Below are positions 25,397 through 38,130 of a DNA stretch of 64,000 nt, in pieces. Below the pieces are notes generated by a model. That model saw nothing but the letters and a program-made list of their open reading frames with translations. It was not told the DNA's origin and made no database searches. Every line of letters begins with the position of its first letter. Position 1 is the stretch's first letter. Location: NCBI RefSeq assembly GCF_006345805.1, contig NC_042997.1:29264001-29328000 (forward strand). Direction: 5' to 3'. The stretch comes from Octopus sinensis. Taxonomy: Eukaryota. The translations under genes were made by a program, and so were the position numbers.

Positions 25397-26614
25397 GTGA
25401 TAGAAGGGGTTAAATTCATCCTGGAAAATAACTTCTTCGCCTTCAATGACAACTTCTACCGACAAAAATCGGGGACTGCGACGGGTACACGAATGGCCCC
25501 CTCCTTTGCCAACCTAGTCATAGGATACCTAGAGATCAGTCTGTATCGTAAGGTTCTAGAAAGATATGGCAGCCCTTTCTCCATCTACATAGAAAACAAC
25601 TGGAAGAGATATCTAGATGACTGTTTCATCCTTTGGCATAAAAATATAGAAAAACTCATAGAATTCCAGGAAATTTTAAACGGACTGGACGTAAACATCC
25701 AATTCACGATGGAATATAGCCAGCAACAACTCCCCTTCCTCGATATCCTCATTAAGAAAGCTAATAATATAATAGAAACAGACATATACTATAAGCCTAC
25801 AGACTCTAAGCAATATCTTCCATTCAATTCATGCCACCCCAGACACACTAGGATGAATATCCCCTTCAATCTAGCAAAAAGGATATGCACTATAGTCTCT
25901 AACGCAAACACCAGAGACACACGACTACAAGAACTAAGAGATACCCTTATCACCAGGAACTATCCACCTTCACTTATTGACAAGTGCATTCAACGTGCCC
26001 TTCAACTTAACATCAAGGAACTGAGACATCCCAAATCAAAGAAAAACTTACAACCAAAAGCCTTACCATACATCTCCACACACAACCCTCTCAATAACGA
26101 AGCCTTCGACACCACTCTCCACAACATACCCCTCCTAAAAAAAGACCACAGCATGAACACAATCCTCCAAACACACACGATCATAAAAAGCAAAAGACAG
26201 CCTAGATCCATGAAAAGTCTCCTAACACAAGCCCGAATTCACTCTTCAACACAGAAGCCGACAGTAAAAAAATGTGGAAGACCCAATTGCAGGATATGCG
26301 ACTATCTAATTGAGGGATCAGAGTTCTCCTTCAAACAGGGACAATGGTTTACAGTGAAAAGCAACTTCACATGTGCTTCGGAGAACCTAATATACTCACT
26401 AACCTGCTCCGGGTGTCAAGAGCAGTACATAGGCCAAACAAAAAATGGTTTGCGTAAACGAATGGCCCTGCACAGATCCCAGATAAAAATTCCCCAAAAC
26501 AGAAAAATAGCTTTTAGCCAACACATAGATACTTGCGCCAACAAAAAAACACCAACTTCAGGATTTTCCCCCTCTACCAATTTAGGGACGATACAACCTC
26601 GAGACAACGAATAA
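25397..26614 (+). CDS. PLE RT C-terminal half + Zn linker + GIY-YIG (5'-truncated copy 1)
   Basis: YLDDCF, LPFLD, YYKPTDS, CHP, KCGRPNCRIC, NLIY..CSGC..YIGQT..LRKRMALH. A frameshift near 26545 separates the last ~40 codons (natural stop ~26679). Confidence 0.9.
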   Translation: MIEGVKFILENNFFAFNDNFYRQKSGTATGTRMAPSFANLVIGYLEISLYRKVLERYGSPFSIYIENNWKRYLDDCFILWHKNIEKLIEFQEILNGLDVNIQFTMEYSQQQLPFLDILIKKANNIIETDIYYKPTDSKQYLPFNSCHPRHTRMNIPFNLAKRICTIVSNANTRDTRLQELRDTLITRNYPPSLIDKCIQRALQLNIKELRHPKSKKNLQPKALPYISTHNPLNNEAFDTTLHNIPLLKKDHSMNTILQTHTIIKSKRQPRSMKSLLTQARIHSSTQKPTVKKCGRPNCRICDYLIEGSEFSFKQGQWFTVKSNFTCASENLIYSLTCSGCQEQYIGQTKNGLRKRMALHRSQIKIPQNRKIAFSQHIDTCANKKTPTSGFSPSTNLGTIQPRDNE

Positions 26615-26679
26615 GTAAAGAAAATCTCTTTATTACAAAATACAAGCCACTTCTTAACGGGTCTACGACAAACAATTAA

Positions 26680-27397
26680 TATACCTCAACTTTAGAATAA
26701 AAGAAATATATACACACACAAATATTACACTCCATAGAATCCATTACTAATCAGCCCCATCACAGCTATACTTTCACCCATTCATATTCTCCCTTCTCTG
26801 TTTTTTTCTTCTTCTTCTTCCTCTTCTTCTTCATCATCATCATTATCATCATCATCGTCGTCATCATCATCACCACCATCATCACCACCATCTTCTCCTC
26901 CTTCTGCTTCTTCTTCTTCTTCTTCATCATCATCATCATCAATATCGTCATCTTCTTCTTCTTCTACTTCTCCACCTTCCACCCCTTAACCTTGTCACTA
27001 ATGTCTTTCAGTATAACGCCTACGCAAATTCCATAAACAATTCCTGAATTGAACTGCGACTACTGTCAGCCACTGACCATTCAAAATACGACCATTAAGG
27101 CATTCCCAGATTTCCCCACCCCTCTCCACATCAGCCTCCTTATTCTTCACCTATCCTACCAAGAACTCAAAACGACCTCGAACACACAAGTGCAAACAGG
27201 GAGTCAGAGAAAGGCAGAATGCTACTTATATCTGAACACTACTACAGAATATTCTTTTAAAAAAACTTTTCTTCTAATTTTTCTAAATTTAATTATTTAA
27301 TCGTTACAGTTGAAAAGGTCTCAAAATGACCGAATCCGGTACTGAAAGACTCACTATAAAATTATCTTAGCATTTTCTATTTTTGACTTGTTTTTTC
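26680..27397 (+). repeat. PLE 3' repeat / pseudo-LTR with (TCT/TCA)n tract and minimal hammerhead
   Basis: Repeated at ~33655-34377 and partially at 30970-31298. Confidence 0.85.
27307..27344 (+). ncRNA. Minimal type I hammerhead of the PLE (GAAA reads GAAT in this copy)
   Basis: CAG-UUGAAAA-GGUC ucaaaau GACC-GAAU-CCGGU-A-CUG. Confidence 0.55.
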
Positions 27398-27463
27398 ATA
27401 TATATCAACTCGTATGTTCCTTTCCACCCTTATACATATCATTAACCCACACGAGATACAGAA

Positions 27464-30400
27464 AATGCCGACAAAAACAGACACAATCGCCTCCATAAAT
27501 GAAGAAATACTGAAGAACTCAAGAAAATCACACAAATTTGTCAACATTTTGAACAAATTCGACTCGACACACCAACCCAATCGAGAGAACAATGAGGAAA
27601 CAGATACGAAAAATACAACCTCCGAAATTGTCGAAAACCTTGGAAACTTATGCGAAACAATTAGAACATTTTTCTCTAACAACGCTAACCAAGGACCTCC
27701 AAACGCGTCAATATATGGGATCAATACTCTAACAACATACCAAATGAAACAACACATAATACCACAATGGAACAAATCACTCAGAGATAGAAAGTTCGCC
27801 TTTTGGAAGATGATCCAAAACAACAACAAAGCGGATATATACGAAAAATGGCTCAACCGGACCCCGTTAATCCTCCCACGTAAATTCCAGTTCAAAGCTA
27901 TTACAGAGGAACCTGAAACACAAAGACACCTCAGGGAGAGAATGGCACTGGAAAAAATGAAAATGGAAATAGAACTTCTGAAATTGAGGGCCCAAACGAA
28001 TGAGGATAAAATAAAATCCACCGATGAAGATATCAACGAAGAAATTCGCAAAATGACCCAAGGCCCAGATCAAGAGAAGTTCTCCAAACTATGGAAAGAG
28101 GACTGTGAAAAAGAAGAACTAAAATCTCTCCAACGCTGGGAGAAAAACGCCATTTGGTTCTCAGACTATGAAGCCGTCTTTCAAACAGAGCACACCTCCA
28201 ACAACCCTTTCCAGAAAATAAGAAAACCAAAACAACACCCAAACACCGATACACACCTGTCTAAAAATCGGAACCTTCACTACTTTCAAAAAAAGAATAC
28301 AGGACCTAACCCTAACTCTGTAAGCAGCCAGCGTTACAAAATCAAGCAGAGAAAGGATAAGTCAACATCCACAGCATAGACACTGCAACCTTATCCCCAC
28401 CCAAAAGAGTTACCAACGAAATCTCCGCCCCATAAACCGGTTAAACAACCATGCACAACAAACCCACTCCACTTACAATGATTACCAACGAAGGCCTCCT
28501 AGAACACCACACCCGAATATGGGATATCGGGATGCTCTCCTCAATACTGCTCCAAGAACACACACCATAAATCACAACAGGAGACCCCACATCAACAAAG
28601 AACAACTATATAATAGCTACCGTCCCAACCACCGCATTCATTTTTTAGACCCAATACGCAAACACAGAGACACAAGATAGCACCAAACAAGCAGGAGGAA
28701 CCAAAAGTAATAAAAATTATCAATCTAACACACAAGGAACTAACAGCAAACCAAATAAACATACTTCCAAAGGACTCAAGTTTACACCCACCCCACAAAA
28801 CACCCCAACTACAACGAAATGAAAGAAGACATCGCAGAATTCTGCAGAAAATTAAGACTTACTGAGGAGCTATACGATAAAACAACGAGGACGAATCGTT
28901 AGCCAGAAATAGGAGTAACTACACCCCCTCGAAAGGTAAGAACAAAACACTTGATGATTTCTGTGACCACATATCTAATTACCCATATCAATATATGCAC
29001 AAACAAAAACACAAACCAAACTTCAGCAAAAAAGAATGGGCTGAGTTGAACAAATTAAAACAAGATAAAACAATAACAATCAAAGAGGCCGATAAAGGGA
29101 GTGCTGTTGTCTTAATGGATACGACATTTTACATAACTTAGGTACTTTCTATGCTGGAAGACACAACATACTATGAAAAGGCACAAAACTACAGTCAACA
29201 AAAAATAATGAGGGAACTAAAATCCATATTAAACCCATACAAAGCCGGGCTCACCGACAAAGAATATGATTATATGACCAATTTCACAAGTAAAACTAGC
29301 CAATTCTACGGTATACCTAAGATCCACAAAAGTGAAAAAATAAGCAACGCATGCAAGATAGCTACAGACAAAAAAAGTCCTAATAATTAATCCAATAATG
29401 ACCTCAAATTGAGACCATAATAGCAGGGCCGCGTCGAAACCACCGCCTCAGTAACTTTTTAGACACCCTGTTAAAACCACTCCTCAAACATGTCAAAAGC
29501 TATATAAGGGACGACTTAGATATGCTCAATCACCTACCGAATACTATAAACAAAAACACCATACTGGTATCCTTCGATGTAGTCAACCTCTACTCCAATA
29601 TCCCCAACAACGTAGGACTAGAGGCAATCCAATTCTGGCTAGAGAATCACGCCAACGAACTACCACACTGCATCAAAAAAGAATTTGTGATAGAAGGGGT
29701 TAAATTCATCCTGGAAAATAACTTCTTCGCCTTCAATGACAACTTCTACCGACAAAAATCGGGGACTGCGATGGGTACACGAATGGCCCCCTCCTTTGCC
29801 AACCTAGTCATAGGATACCTAGAGATCAGTCTGTATCGTAAGGTTCTAGAAAGATATGGCAGCCCTTTCTCCATCTACATAGAAAACAACTGGAAGAGAT
29901 ATCTAGATGAATGTTTCATCCTTTGGCATAAAAATATAGAAAAACTCATAGAATTCCAGGAAATTTTAAACGGACTGGACGTAAACATCCAATTCACGAT
30001 GGAATATAGCCAGCAAAACTCCCCTTCCTCGATATCCTCATTAAGAAAGCTAATAATATAATAGAAACAGATATATACTATAAGCCTACAGACTCTAAGC
30101 AATATCTTCCATTCAATTCATGCCACCCCAGACACACTAGGATGAATATCCCCTTCAATCTAGCAAAAAGGATATGCACTATAGTCTCTAACGCAAACAC
30201 CAGAGACACACGACTACAAGAACTAAAAGATACCCTTATCACCAGGAACTATCCACCTTCACTTATTGACAAGTGCATTCAACGTGCCCTTCAACTTAAC
30301 ATCAAGGAACTGAGACATCCCAAATCAAAGAAAAACTTACAACCAAAAGCCTTACCATACATCTCCACACACAACCCTCTCAATAACGAAGCCTTCGACA

Positions 30401-30968
30401 CCATCCTCCACAACATACCCCTCCTAAAAAAAGACCACAGAATGAACACAATCCTCCAAACACACACGATCATAAAAAGCAAAAGACAGCCTAGATCCAT
30501 GAAAAGTCTCCTAACACAAGCCCGAATTCACTCTTCAACACAGAAGCCGACAGTAAAAAAATGTGGAAGACCCAATTGCGGGATATGCGACTATCTAATT
30601 GAGGGATCAGAGTTCTCCTTCAAACAGGGACAACGGTTTACAGTGAAAAGCAACTTCACATGTGCTTCGGAGAACCTAATATACTCACTAACCTGCTCCG
30701 GGTGTCAAGAGCAGTACATAGGCCAAACAAAAATGGTTTGCGTAAACGAATGGCCCTGCACAGATCCCAGATAAAAATTCCCCAAAAAAGAAAAATAGCT
30801 TTTAGCCAACACATAGATACTTGCGCCAACAAAAAAACACCAAACATCAGGATTTTCCCCCTCTACCAATTTAGGGACGATACAACCTCGAGACAACGAA
30901 TAAGTAAAGAAAATCTCTTTATTACAAAATACAAGCCACTTCTTAACGGGTCTACGACAAACAATTAA
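27464..30968 (+). pseudogene. Full-length PLE polyprotein (N-terminal extension, RT, GIY-YIG), disrupted
   Basis: KIINLT..KGLKFTPTP, IKEADKGSAVVLMD, FYGIPKIHK, SFDVVNLYSNIP, GTAMG, YIGQT. In-frame TAG at 29139-29141, YLDE at 29909 and several frameshifts. Confidence 0.9.
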
Positions 30969-31294
30969 TATACCTCAACTTTAGAATAAAAGAAATATAT
31001 ACACACACAAATATTACACTCCATAGAATCCATTACTAATCAGCCCCATCACAGCTATACTTTCACCCATTCATATTCTCCCTTCTCTGTTTTTTTCTTC
31101 TTCTTCTTCCTCTTCTTCTTCATCATCATCATTATCATCATCATCGTCGTCATTATCATCACCACCATCATCACCACCATCTTCTACTTCTCCTTCTTCT
31201 TCTTCTTCTTCTTCTTCTTCTTCTTCTTCTTCTTCATCAACATCGTCATCTTCTTCTTCTTCTACTTCTCCACCTTCCACCCCTTAACCTTGTC

Positions 31295-33655
31295 ACTATA
31301 TAATAGCTACCGTCCCAACCACCGCATTCATTTTTTAGACCCAATACGCAAACACAGAGACACAAGATAGCACCAAACAAGCAGGAGGAACCAAAAGTAA
31401 TAAAAATTATCAATCTAACACACAAGGAACTAACAGCAAACCAAATAAACATACTTTCCAAAGGACTCAAGTTTACACCCACCCCACAACACCCCAACTA
31501 CAACGAAATGAAAGAAGACATCGCAGAATTCTGCAGAAAATTAAGACTTACTTGAGGAGCTATACGATAAATACAACGAGGACGAATCGTTAGCCAGAAA
31601 TAGGAGTAACTACACCCCCTCGAAAGGTAAGAACAAAACACTTGATGATTTCTGTGACCACATATCTAATTACCCATATCAATATATGCACAAACAAAAA
31701 CACAAACCAAACTTCAGCAAAAAAGAATGGGCTGAGTTGAACAAATTAAAACAAGATAAAACAATAACAATCAAAGAGGCCGATAAAGGGAGTGCTGTTG
31801 TCTTAATGGATACGACATTTTACATAACTTAGGTACTTTCTATGCTGGAAGACACAACATACTATGAAAAGGCACAAAACTACAGTCAACAAAAAATAAT
31901 GAGGGAACTAAAATCCATATTAAACCCATACAAAGCCGGGCTCACCGACAAAGAATATGATTATATGACCAATTTCACAAGTAAAACTAGCCAATTCTAC
32001 GGTATACCTAAGATCCACAAAAGTGAAAAAATAAGCAACGCATGCATGCAAGATAGACAGACAAAATAATTAAAGTCCCTAATCCTAATGACCTCAAATT
32101 GAGACCCATAATAGCAGGTGCCGCGTGCGAAACCCACCGCCTCAGTAACTTTTTAGACACCCTGTTAAAACCACTCCTCAAACATGTCAAAATCTATATA
32201 AGGGACGACTTAGATATGCTCAATCACCTACCGAATACTATAAACAAAAACACCATACTGGTATCCTTCGATGTAGTCAACCTCTACTCCAATATCCCCA
32301 ACAACGTAGGACTAGAGGCAATCCAATTCTGGCTAGAGAATCACGCCAACGAACTACCACACTGCATCAAAAAAGAATTTGTGATAGAAGGGGTTAATTC
32401 ATCCTGGAAAATAACTTCTTCGCCTTCAATGACAACTTCTACCGACAAAAATCGGGGACTGCGATGGGTACACGAATGGCCCCCTCCTTTGCCAACCTAG
32501 TCATAGGATACCTAGAGATCAGTCTGTATCGTAAGGTTCTAGAAAGATATGGCAGCCCTTTCTCCATCTACATAGAAAACAACTGGAAGAGATATCTAGA
32601 TGAATGTTTCATCCTTTGGCATAAAAATATAGAAAAACTCATAGAATTCCAGGAAATTTTAAACGGACTGGACGTAAACATCCAATTCACGATGGAATAT
32701 AGCCAGCAAAACTCCCCTTCCTCGATATCCTCATTAAGAAAGCTAATAATATAATAGAAACAGATATATACTATAAGCCTACGACTCTAAGCAATATCTT
32801 CCATTCAATTCATGCCACCCCAGACACACTAGGATGAATATCCCCTTCAATCTAGCAAAAAGGATATGCACTATAGTCTCTAACGCAAACACCAGAGACA
32901 CACGACTACAAGAACTAAAAGATACCCTTATCACCAGGAACTATCCACCTTCACTTATTGACAAGTGCATTCAACGTGCCCTTCAACTTAACATCAAGGA
33001 ACTGAGACATCCCAAATCAAAGAAAAACTTACAACCAAAAGCCTTACCATACATCTCCACACACAACCCTCTCAATAACGAAGCCTTCGACACCATCCTC
33101 CACAACATACCCCTCCTAAAAAAAGACCACAGAATGAACACAATCCTCCAAACACACACGATCATAAAAAGCAAAAGACAGCCTAGATCCATGAAAAGTC
33201 TCCTAACACAAGCCCGAATTCACTCTTCAACACAGAAGCCGACAGTAAAAAAATGTGGAAGACCCAATTGCGGGATATGCGACTATCTAATTGAGGGATC
33301 AGAGTTCTCCTTCAAACAGGGACAACGGTTTACAGTGAAAAGCAACTTCACATGTGCTTCGGAGAACCTAATATACTCACTAACCTGCTCCGGGGTCAAG
33401 AGCAGTACATAGGCCAAACAAAAAATGGTTTGCGTAAACGAATGGCCCTGCACAGATCCCAGATAAAAATTCCCCAAAAAGAAAAATAGCTTTTAGCCAA
33501 CACATAGATACTTGCGCCAACAAAAAAACACCAAACATCAGGATTTTCCCCCTCTACCAATTTAGGGACGATACACTCGAGACAACGAATAAGTAAAGAA
33601 AATCTCTTTATTACAAAATACAAGCCACTTCTTAACGGGTCTACGACAAACAATT
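31295..33655 (+). pseudogene. Duplicated 3' part of the PLE polyprotein (copy 3)
   Basis: Near-identical to 28605-30968 with the same TAG (31830), YLDE (32602) and 1-bp deletion before LPFLD. Confidence 0.9.
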
Positions 33656-34281
33656 AATATACCTCAACTTTAGAATAAAAGAAATATATACACACACAAA
33701 TATTACACTCCATAGAATCCATTACTAATCAGCCCCATCACAGCTATACTTTCACCCATTCATATTCTCCCTTCTCTGTTTTTTTCTTCTTCTTCTTCCT
33801 CTTCTTCTTCATCATCATCATTATCATCATCATCGTCGTCATTATCATCACCCATCATCACCACCATCTTCTACTTCTCCTTCTTCTTCTTCTTCTTCTT
33901 CTCTTCTTTCTTCATCAACATCGTATCTTCTTCTTCTTCTACTTCTCCACCTTCCACCCCTTAACCTTGTCACTAATGTCTTTCAGTATAACGCCTACGC
34001 AAATTCCAAAAAACATCCTGAATTGAACTGCGACTACTGTCAGCCACTGACCATTCAAAATACGACCATTAAGGCATTCCCAGATTCCCCACCCCTCTCC
34101 ACATCAGCCTCCTTATTCTTCACCTATCCTACCAAGAACTCAAAACGACCTCGAACACACAAGTGCAAACAAGGGAGTCAGAGAAAGGCAGAATGCTACT
34201 TATATCTGAACACTACTACAGAAATATTCTTTTAAAAAAACTTTTCTTCTAATTTTTCTAAATTTAATTATTTAATCGTTA

Positions 34282-34319
34282 CAGTTGAAAAGGTCTCAAA
34301 ATGACCGAAACCGGTACTG
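34282..34319 (+). ncRNA. Minimal type I hammerhead of the PLE (intact GAAA)
   Basis: CAG-UUGAAAA-GGUC ucaaaau GACC-GAA-ACCGGU-A-CUG; U3-A8 covariant core, palindromic stem III, GUA cleavage triplet. Confidence 0.7.
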
Positions 34320-34368
34320 AAAGATTCTCTATAAAATTATCTTATCATTTTCTATTTTTGACTTGTTT

Positions 34369-34402
<34 letters not shown>

Positions 34403-34404
<2 letters not shown>

Positions 34405-36430
34405 TACATATATAAAAGCAAGTTGTCTGTTTTTTCTGCTTGTGTCAAGTTAACGTCTAACCTGTTAACGAATGTTCGTGAAACCTTGCGAATATGCTAA
34501 AGTTACATCCATTGTTTTACTAGGCTCATTGATGAATAAGAAAAATCTATGATGGATGGCTAGGGATCCTAGAAGTGATCCACACATATAACCGTCATCT
34601 TCCAAGTGAAATAATCCATTCATTTTCGTAGCCAAGGGAAATGACCCATTCATTTTACTATATATAATAAATGGGTAATATGCATAATATATAATATGAA
34701 TATATAAATGTATAGTATGAAAAATGTAATATAAATACTTCTCGATTTATTAAACTAGCATTCTACATTACGTGGACTTTCTTACAATAAATTATCTGAC
34801 AAGGTCCGCGATTTAATATGATATCAATCAAGATGTGTATGTTTATTTCTTAGTATTTGAACTGTTAGAGTTATTTTCCCAATTTACCCAGTACAAACCT
34901 GAAAGAAGTAAATAGTATTTTCCTAAACAATAAATCCACGGTTAGTGACTTATTCACGAAAATACCATGAATGACGATGCGTTTCATGTCAGTTCAGCCA
35001 ATTGACAATCGCTGCATAAAGAACTGTTATGCTTTTAGACAAATGCACTAACATCACAAATGTCACACCCTGTTTACATGTAGGAACATCTTAATTTATA
35101 TTGATACATGTGTTTATGTTTAATAACGACGAAGTCTATGTAGCAACCAACCACACAAGCAGACAGAAATCGCCATTTCTCTATCAATAACATTGCAGTC
35201 TGCACTTTATCCTTGCAGATCACACGCTGTTTACATGTAGGAACATATGCTTAATTCATATCAATAGATGAGTTGATGTTTTCTTAGCATGTACACTTTA
35301 CCATTATTTAAAGACCAATGGGAAATAATCCATTTAAAATCCCTTATTTTTTCTTTTCAGCCCAAAGGTCATCTGCACTGTCATAAAGGTCATACATTGT
35401 TTACATGTAGGAACACTTGTTCAAAAAAGATCAAATCTGAGTTTTCGAACTATGCACGCACGAAAACTAGGGTAAAAGCGTTCAAAAATAGATCCACTTA
35501 TTTCTGTTAGTGACTTATTCACGAATATACCAAGAATGGCGATACCTCTCATATCACATCAGCCAATTGAAAAGCGCTTCACGAAGAACTGTTCTGATTT
35601 TAGACAAATGCACTGTCATCAGAAATGTCACACCGCGTTTACATGTAACAACGCCCTCTTAATTTATATTGATAGATATGTTAATGTTTTGTAACAATAT
35701 ACTCTATGTAACAGCCAACCACACAAACAGGCAATTCGTCATTTATCTGTCAATAACATTGCAATCTGCAATGTATTCATATTATTCAGAAGCTGTTTGC
35801 ATGTAGGAACAGTTTCTTAATTCATATTGATAGCTGTGCTGATGCTTCCGTAAGAGTTGTAAATGTATTGATAATCTAATTGTTATTTTATTTTGATATC
35901 TATTTGAAAATTTATTTGTATGTCTACTGTAAAACGAAGTGTTAGTCTGTCTCTACAAGCATTGTAAATATATTTCGACACTAGCGCCCCTGGGGTAATA
36001 TTCTCAGGGAACCCACAAATGCCCCTTTCACAGTTATTTACATTGAATTGTTATTATCTCATATCTGATTAGTCTGTTATTACGTAAACTGCTTCGGGAT
36101 TTGAGTATACATACCTTATTGGTATTTCCTCCCAAGTTCTGTATACTCTGCAGAACGCATTAAAGACTTTTTCGGGGCTACTTTATATGAATAGTTACTA
36201 TCGGGTAACTAATTTCTTGTTATTACATAACTCACTTCACAATAACTTATCAAGATTTCCTGAAAACAAGATCCTATGTAAGACAGTTAGGTATTCCCTG
36301 TAAATGCGCAAAAACCGTTTTAAAAACTACATATTATGTAATGATGTTAACGGATTCGCGAAACAATCATGAGAAGTGAACCAAGGGATAAACCCCGCTT
36401 TTCCGGGAATTACCAGGTATGTCAGATAGT
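34403..36430 (-). mobile_element. Non-autonomous Helentron-associated (HINE-like) element, copy 2, with internal tandem repeats
   Basis: Both termini match 160-1540 in reverse. Internal direct repeats start at ~34941 and ~35506, and tgtttacatgtaggaac recurs. Confidence 0.55.
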
Positions 36431-37065
36431 ATATATATATATATATTATATATATATATATATATATAAACTTACTTGGAGAAGAGAAAACAACGCGTGC
36501 GTTCGGTCATATAATAACAATATAATAAATAAAACATATGCATATATACATTGGTTTCCTTGTCCTGTTAATCTTTATTTGTACTGTTTTTTCTACTGTT
36601 TTTTCTTCCTTTGTATTGCTTTTACGTCCTGTTCTTGTCACTTGTTTTACCCCTCTGCAAAAGAATTTTATTTAATTACTTTTTGCAGGAAGGACTGCTT
36701 CGGCCGGGTCGTGTTCTGCCCATACCTTCGAAACACGCATTGAGTCGGACCAGGGGCAGCTGATGAAGGGGAATTTTCCTTGTATTGTTTGTCCTGTACT
36801 CTGTTTTTTCGTTGTTAAAAAAAGTCCGTTTCCTTCTTTGATTTTATGTTTTCGTTTTTCGTTGTGTTCTACGTTTATTTGTGATGTCCTGTACTCATAT
36901 ATGCATGTATATATACATATAGATGTAAGTATGTACATATATGTATGTATATATGCATATGTTTTATTTATTATATTGTTATATATATATATATATGTAG
37001 GTCCCGGGTTGATTCGGGGTTAACCACAGTAAATAAGGTACTCAATACATAGCAGAGTAAAATTA

Positions 37066-37185
37066 ATTTATTATATAGAAGGAGCTTCTACAGGACTAGA
37101 ACTGTTTCATTCAAGAGAAATCTTCAGGAGCCTGAAGATTTCTCTTGAATGAAACAGTGCTAGTCCTGTAGAAGCTCCTTATATA

Positions 37186-37192
<7 letters not shown>
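37066..37192. repeat. Near-perfect palindrome (50-bp core arms 37079-37128 / 37131-37180, 2-nt loop) followed by (TA)n
   Basis: aaggagcttctacaggactagaactgtttcattcaagagaaatcttcagg-ag-cctgaagatttctcttgaatgaaacagtgctagtcctgtagaagctcctt; one mismatch. Confidence 0.95.
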
Positions 37193-37274
<82 letters not shown>

Positions 37275-37969
37275 ATATATATATGCATGTATATATATAT
37301 AAGTTTAAACAGGGGTTAAAATGACCACCGTGAGGGATAGAACATAGCCAATAAATTACTGGTTTGTTTCGTCCTCATTATTTTAGTGTGAATAGTAATA
37401 CTCCTAATGTAAATATGTTTAAGTATAAAACTTTGTTTGCAAATATTCAAATTAAAATTCAGAAGATGGGGAAGTAGAGTAAATAAAATTTATTAACTGC
37501 AAAAATACATGTTCCCTTACAGCTGTTTTGATATTGCCCAAATGAATTAAGTTCCAGTAATTAAAATATTGGGGGCGGGGGGAAATCTTGCCATAGGAGT
37601 AAAAGAAGTAAAAAAGGACTTATAATTAGGTTATTAACATGTTATTCTTCCAAAATATCATAACAGACTAAATCGCAATTAATTACTAATATTGGTATAA
37701 AATTGACAAGGAGGTAATATGTTGTATAATGGTAAGAATTGGTTTAAAAATAAATAGTAGATAGTTGGTTATAGTAAAAGCAGCATCATATAAATGAGAG
37801 TATAAATCAGTGATTATTTTACTAATTTGTTTCAGAAATTAAATGAATTGATATGAAAAATAGATAGAGTATGCAATAATCATAGTGAAAAAGGAGTATA
37901 AAATTATTATTCATACACAGTGTACATTATATACATACACCTATACGTATATACATCTATAAGTATACA

Positions 37970-38000
<31 letters not shown>

Positions 38001-38005
38001 ATATA

Positions 38006-38037
<32 letters not shown>

Positions 38038-38130
38038 TTATAGATGTATATACGTATAGGTGTATGTAAAATATATATATATATGCATACATATATATAC
38101 ATATATATACATATATAGCCACTACACACA

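Larger units (their letters stand above)
25340..34377 (+). mobile_element. Young Neptune-type Penelope-like element tandem array inserted in (TA)n
   Basis: 5'-truncated copy (25340-26679), 3' repeat/pseudo-LTR (to ~27397), full copy (to ~31294), duplicated 3' part plus pseudo-LTR (to 34377). RT motifs KIHK, RPII, SFDVVNLY, GTAMG and YLDD; CxxxxCxxC linker; GIY-YIG NLIY/YIGQT. Confidence 0.95.

Noticed and set aside
26766-26982. Poly-Glu/Asp and poly-Met/Lys ORFs (also 31071-31280)
   Set aside because: Antisense readings of the (TCT/TCA)n tract in the PLE 3' repeat.
25397-33655. Programmed frameshifting or multi-ORF organisation of the young PLE
   Set aside because: Most frameshifts differ between copies and lie in homopolymers, consistent with assembly indels or decay of a single ORF.
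36685-36790. Hammerhead-like motifs (ccttcGAAAC...CTGATGAagg)
   Set aside because: Could not fold a consistent stem I in either topology; probably a decayed PLE tail.
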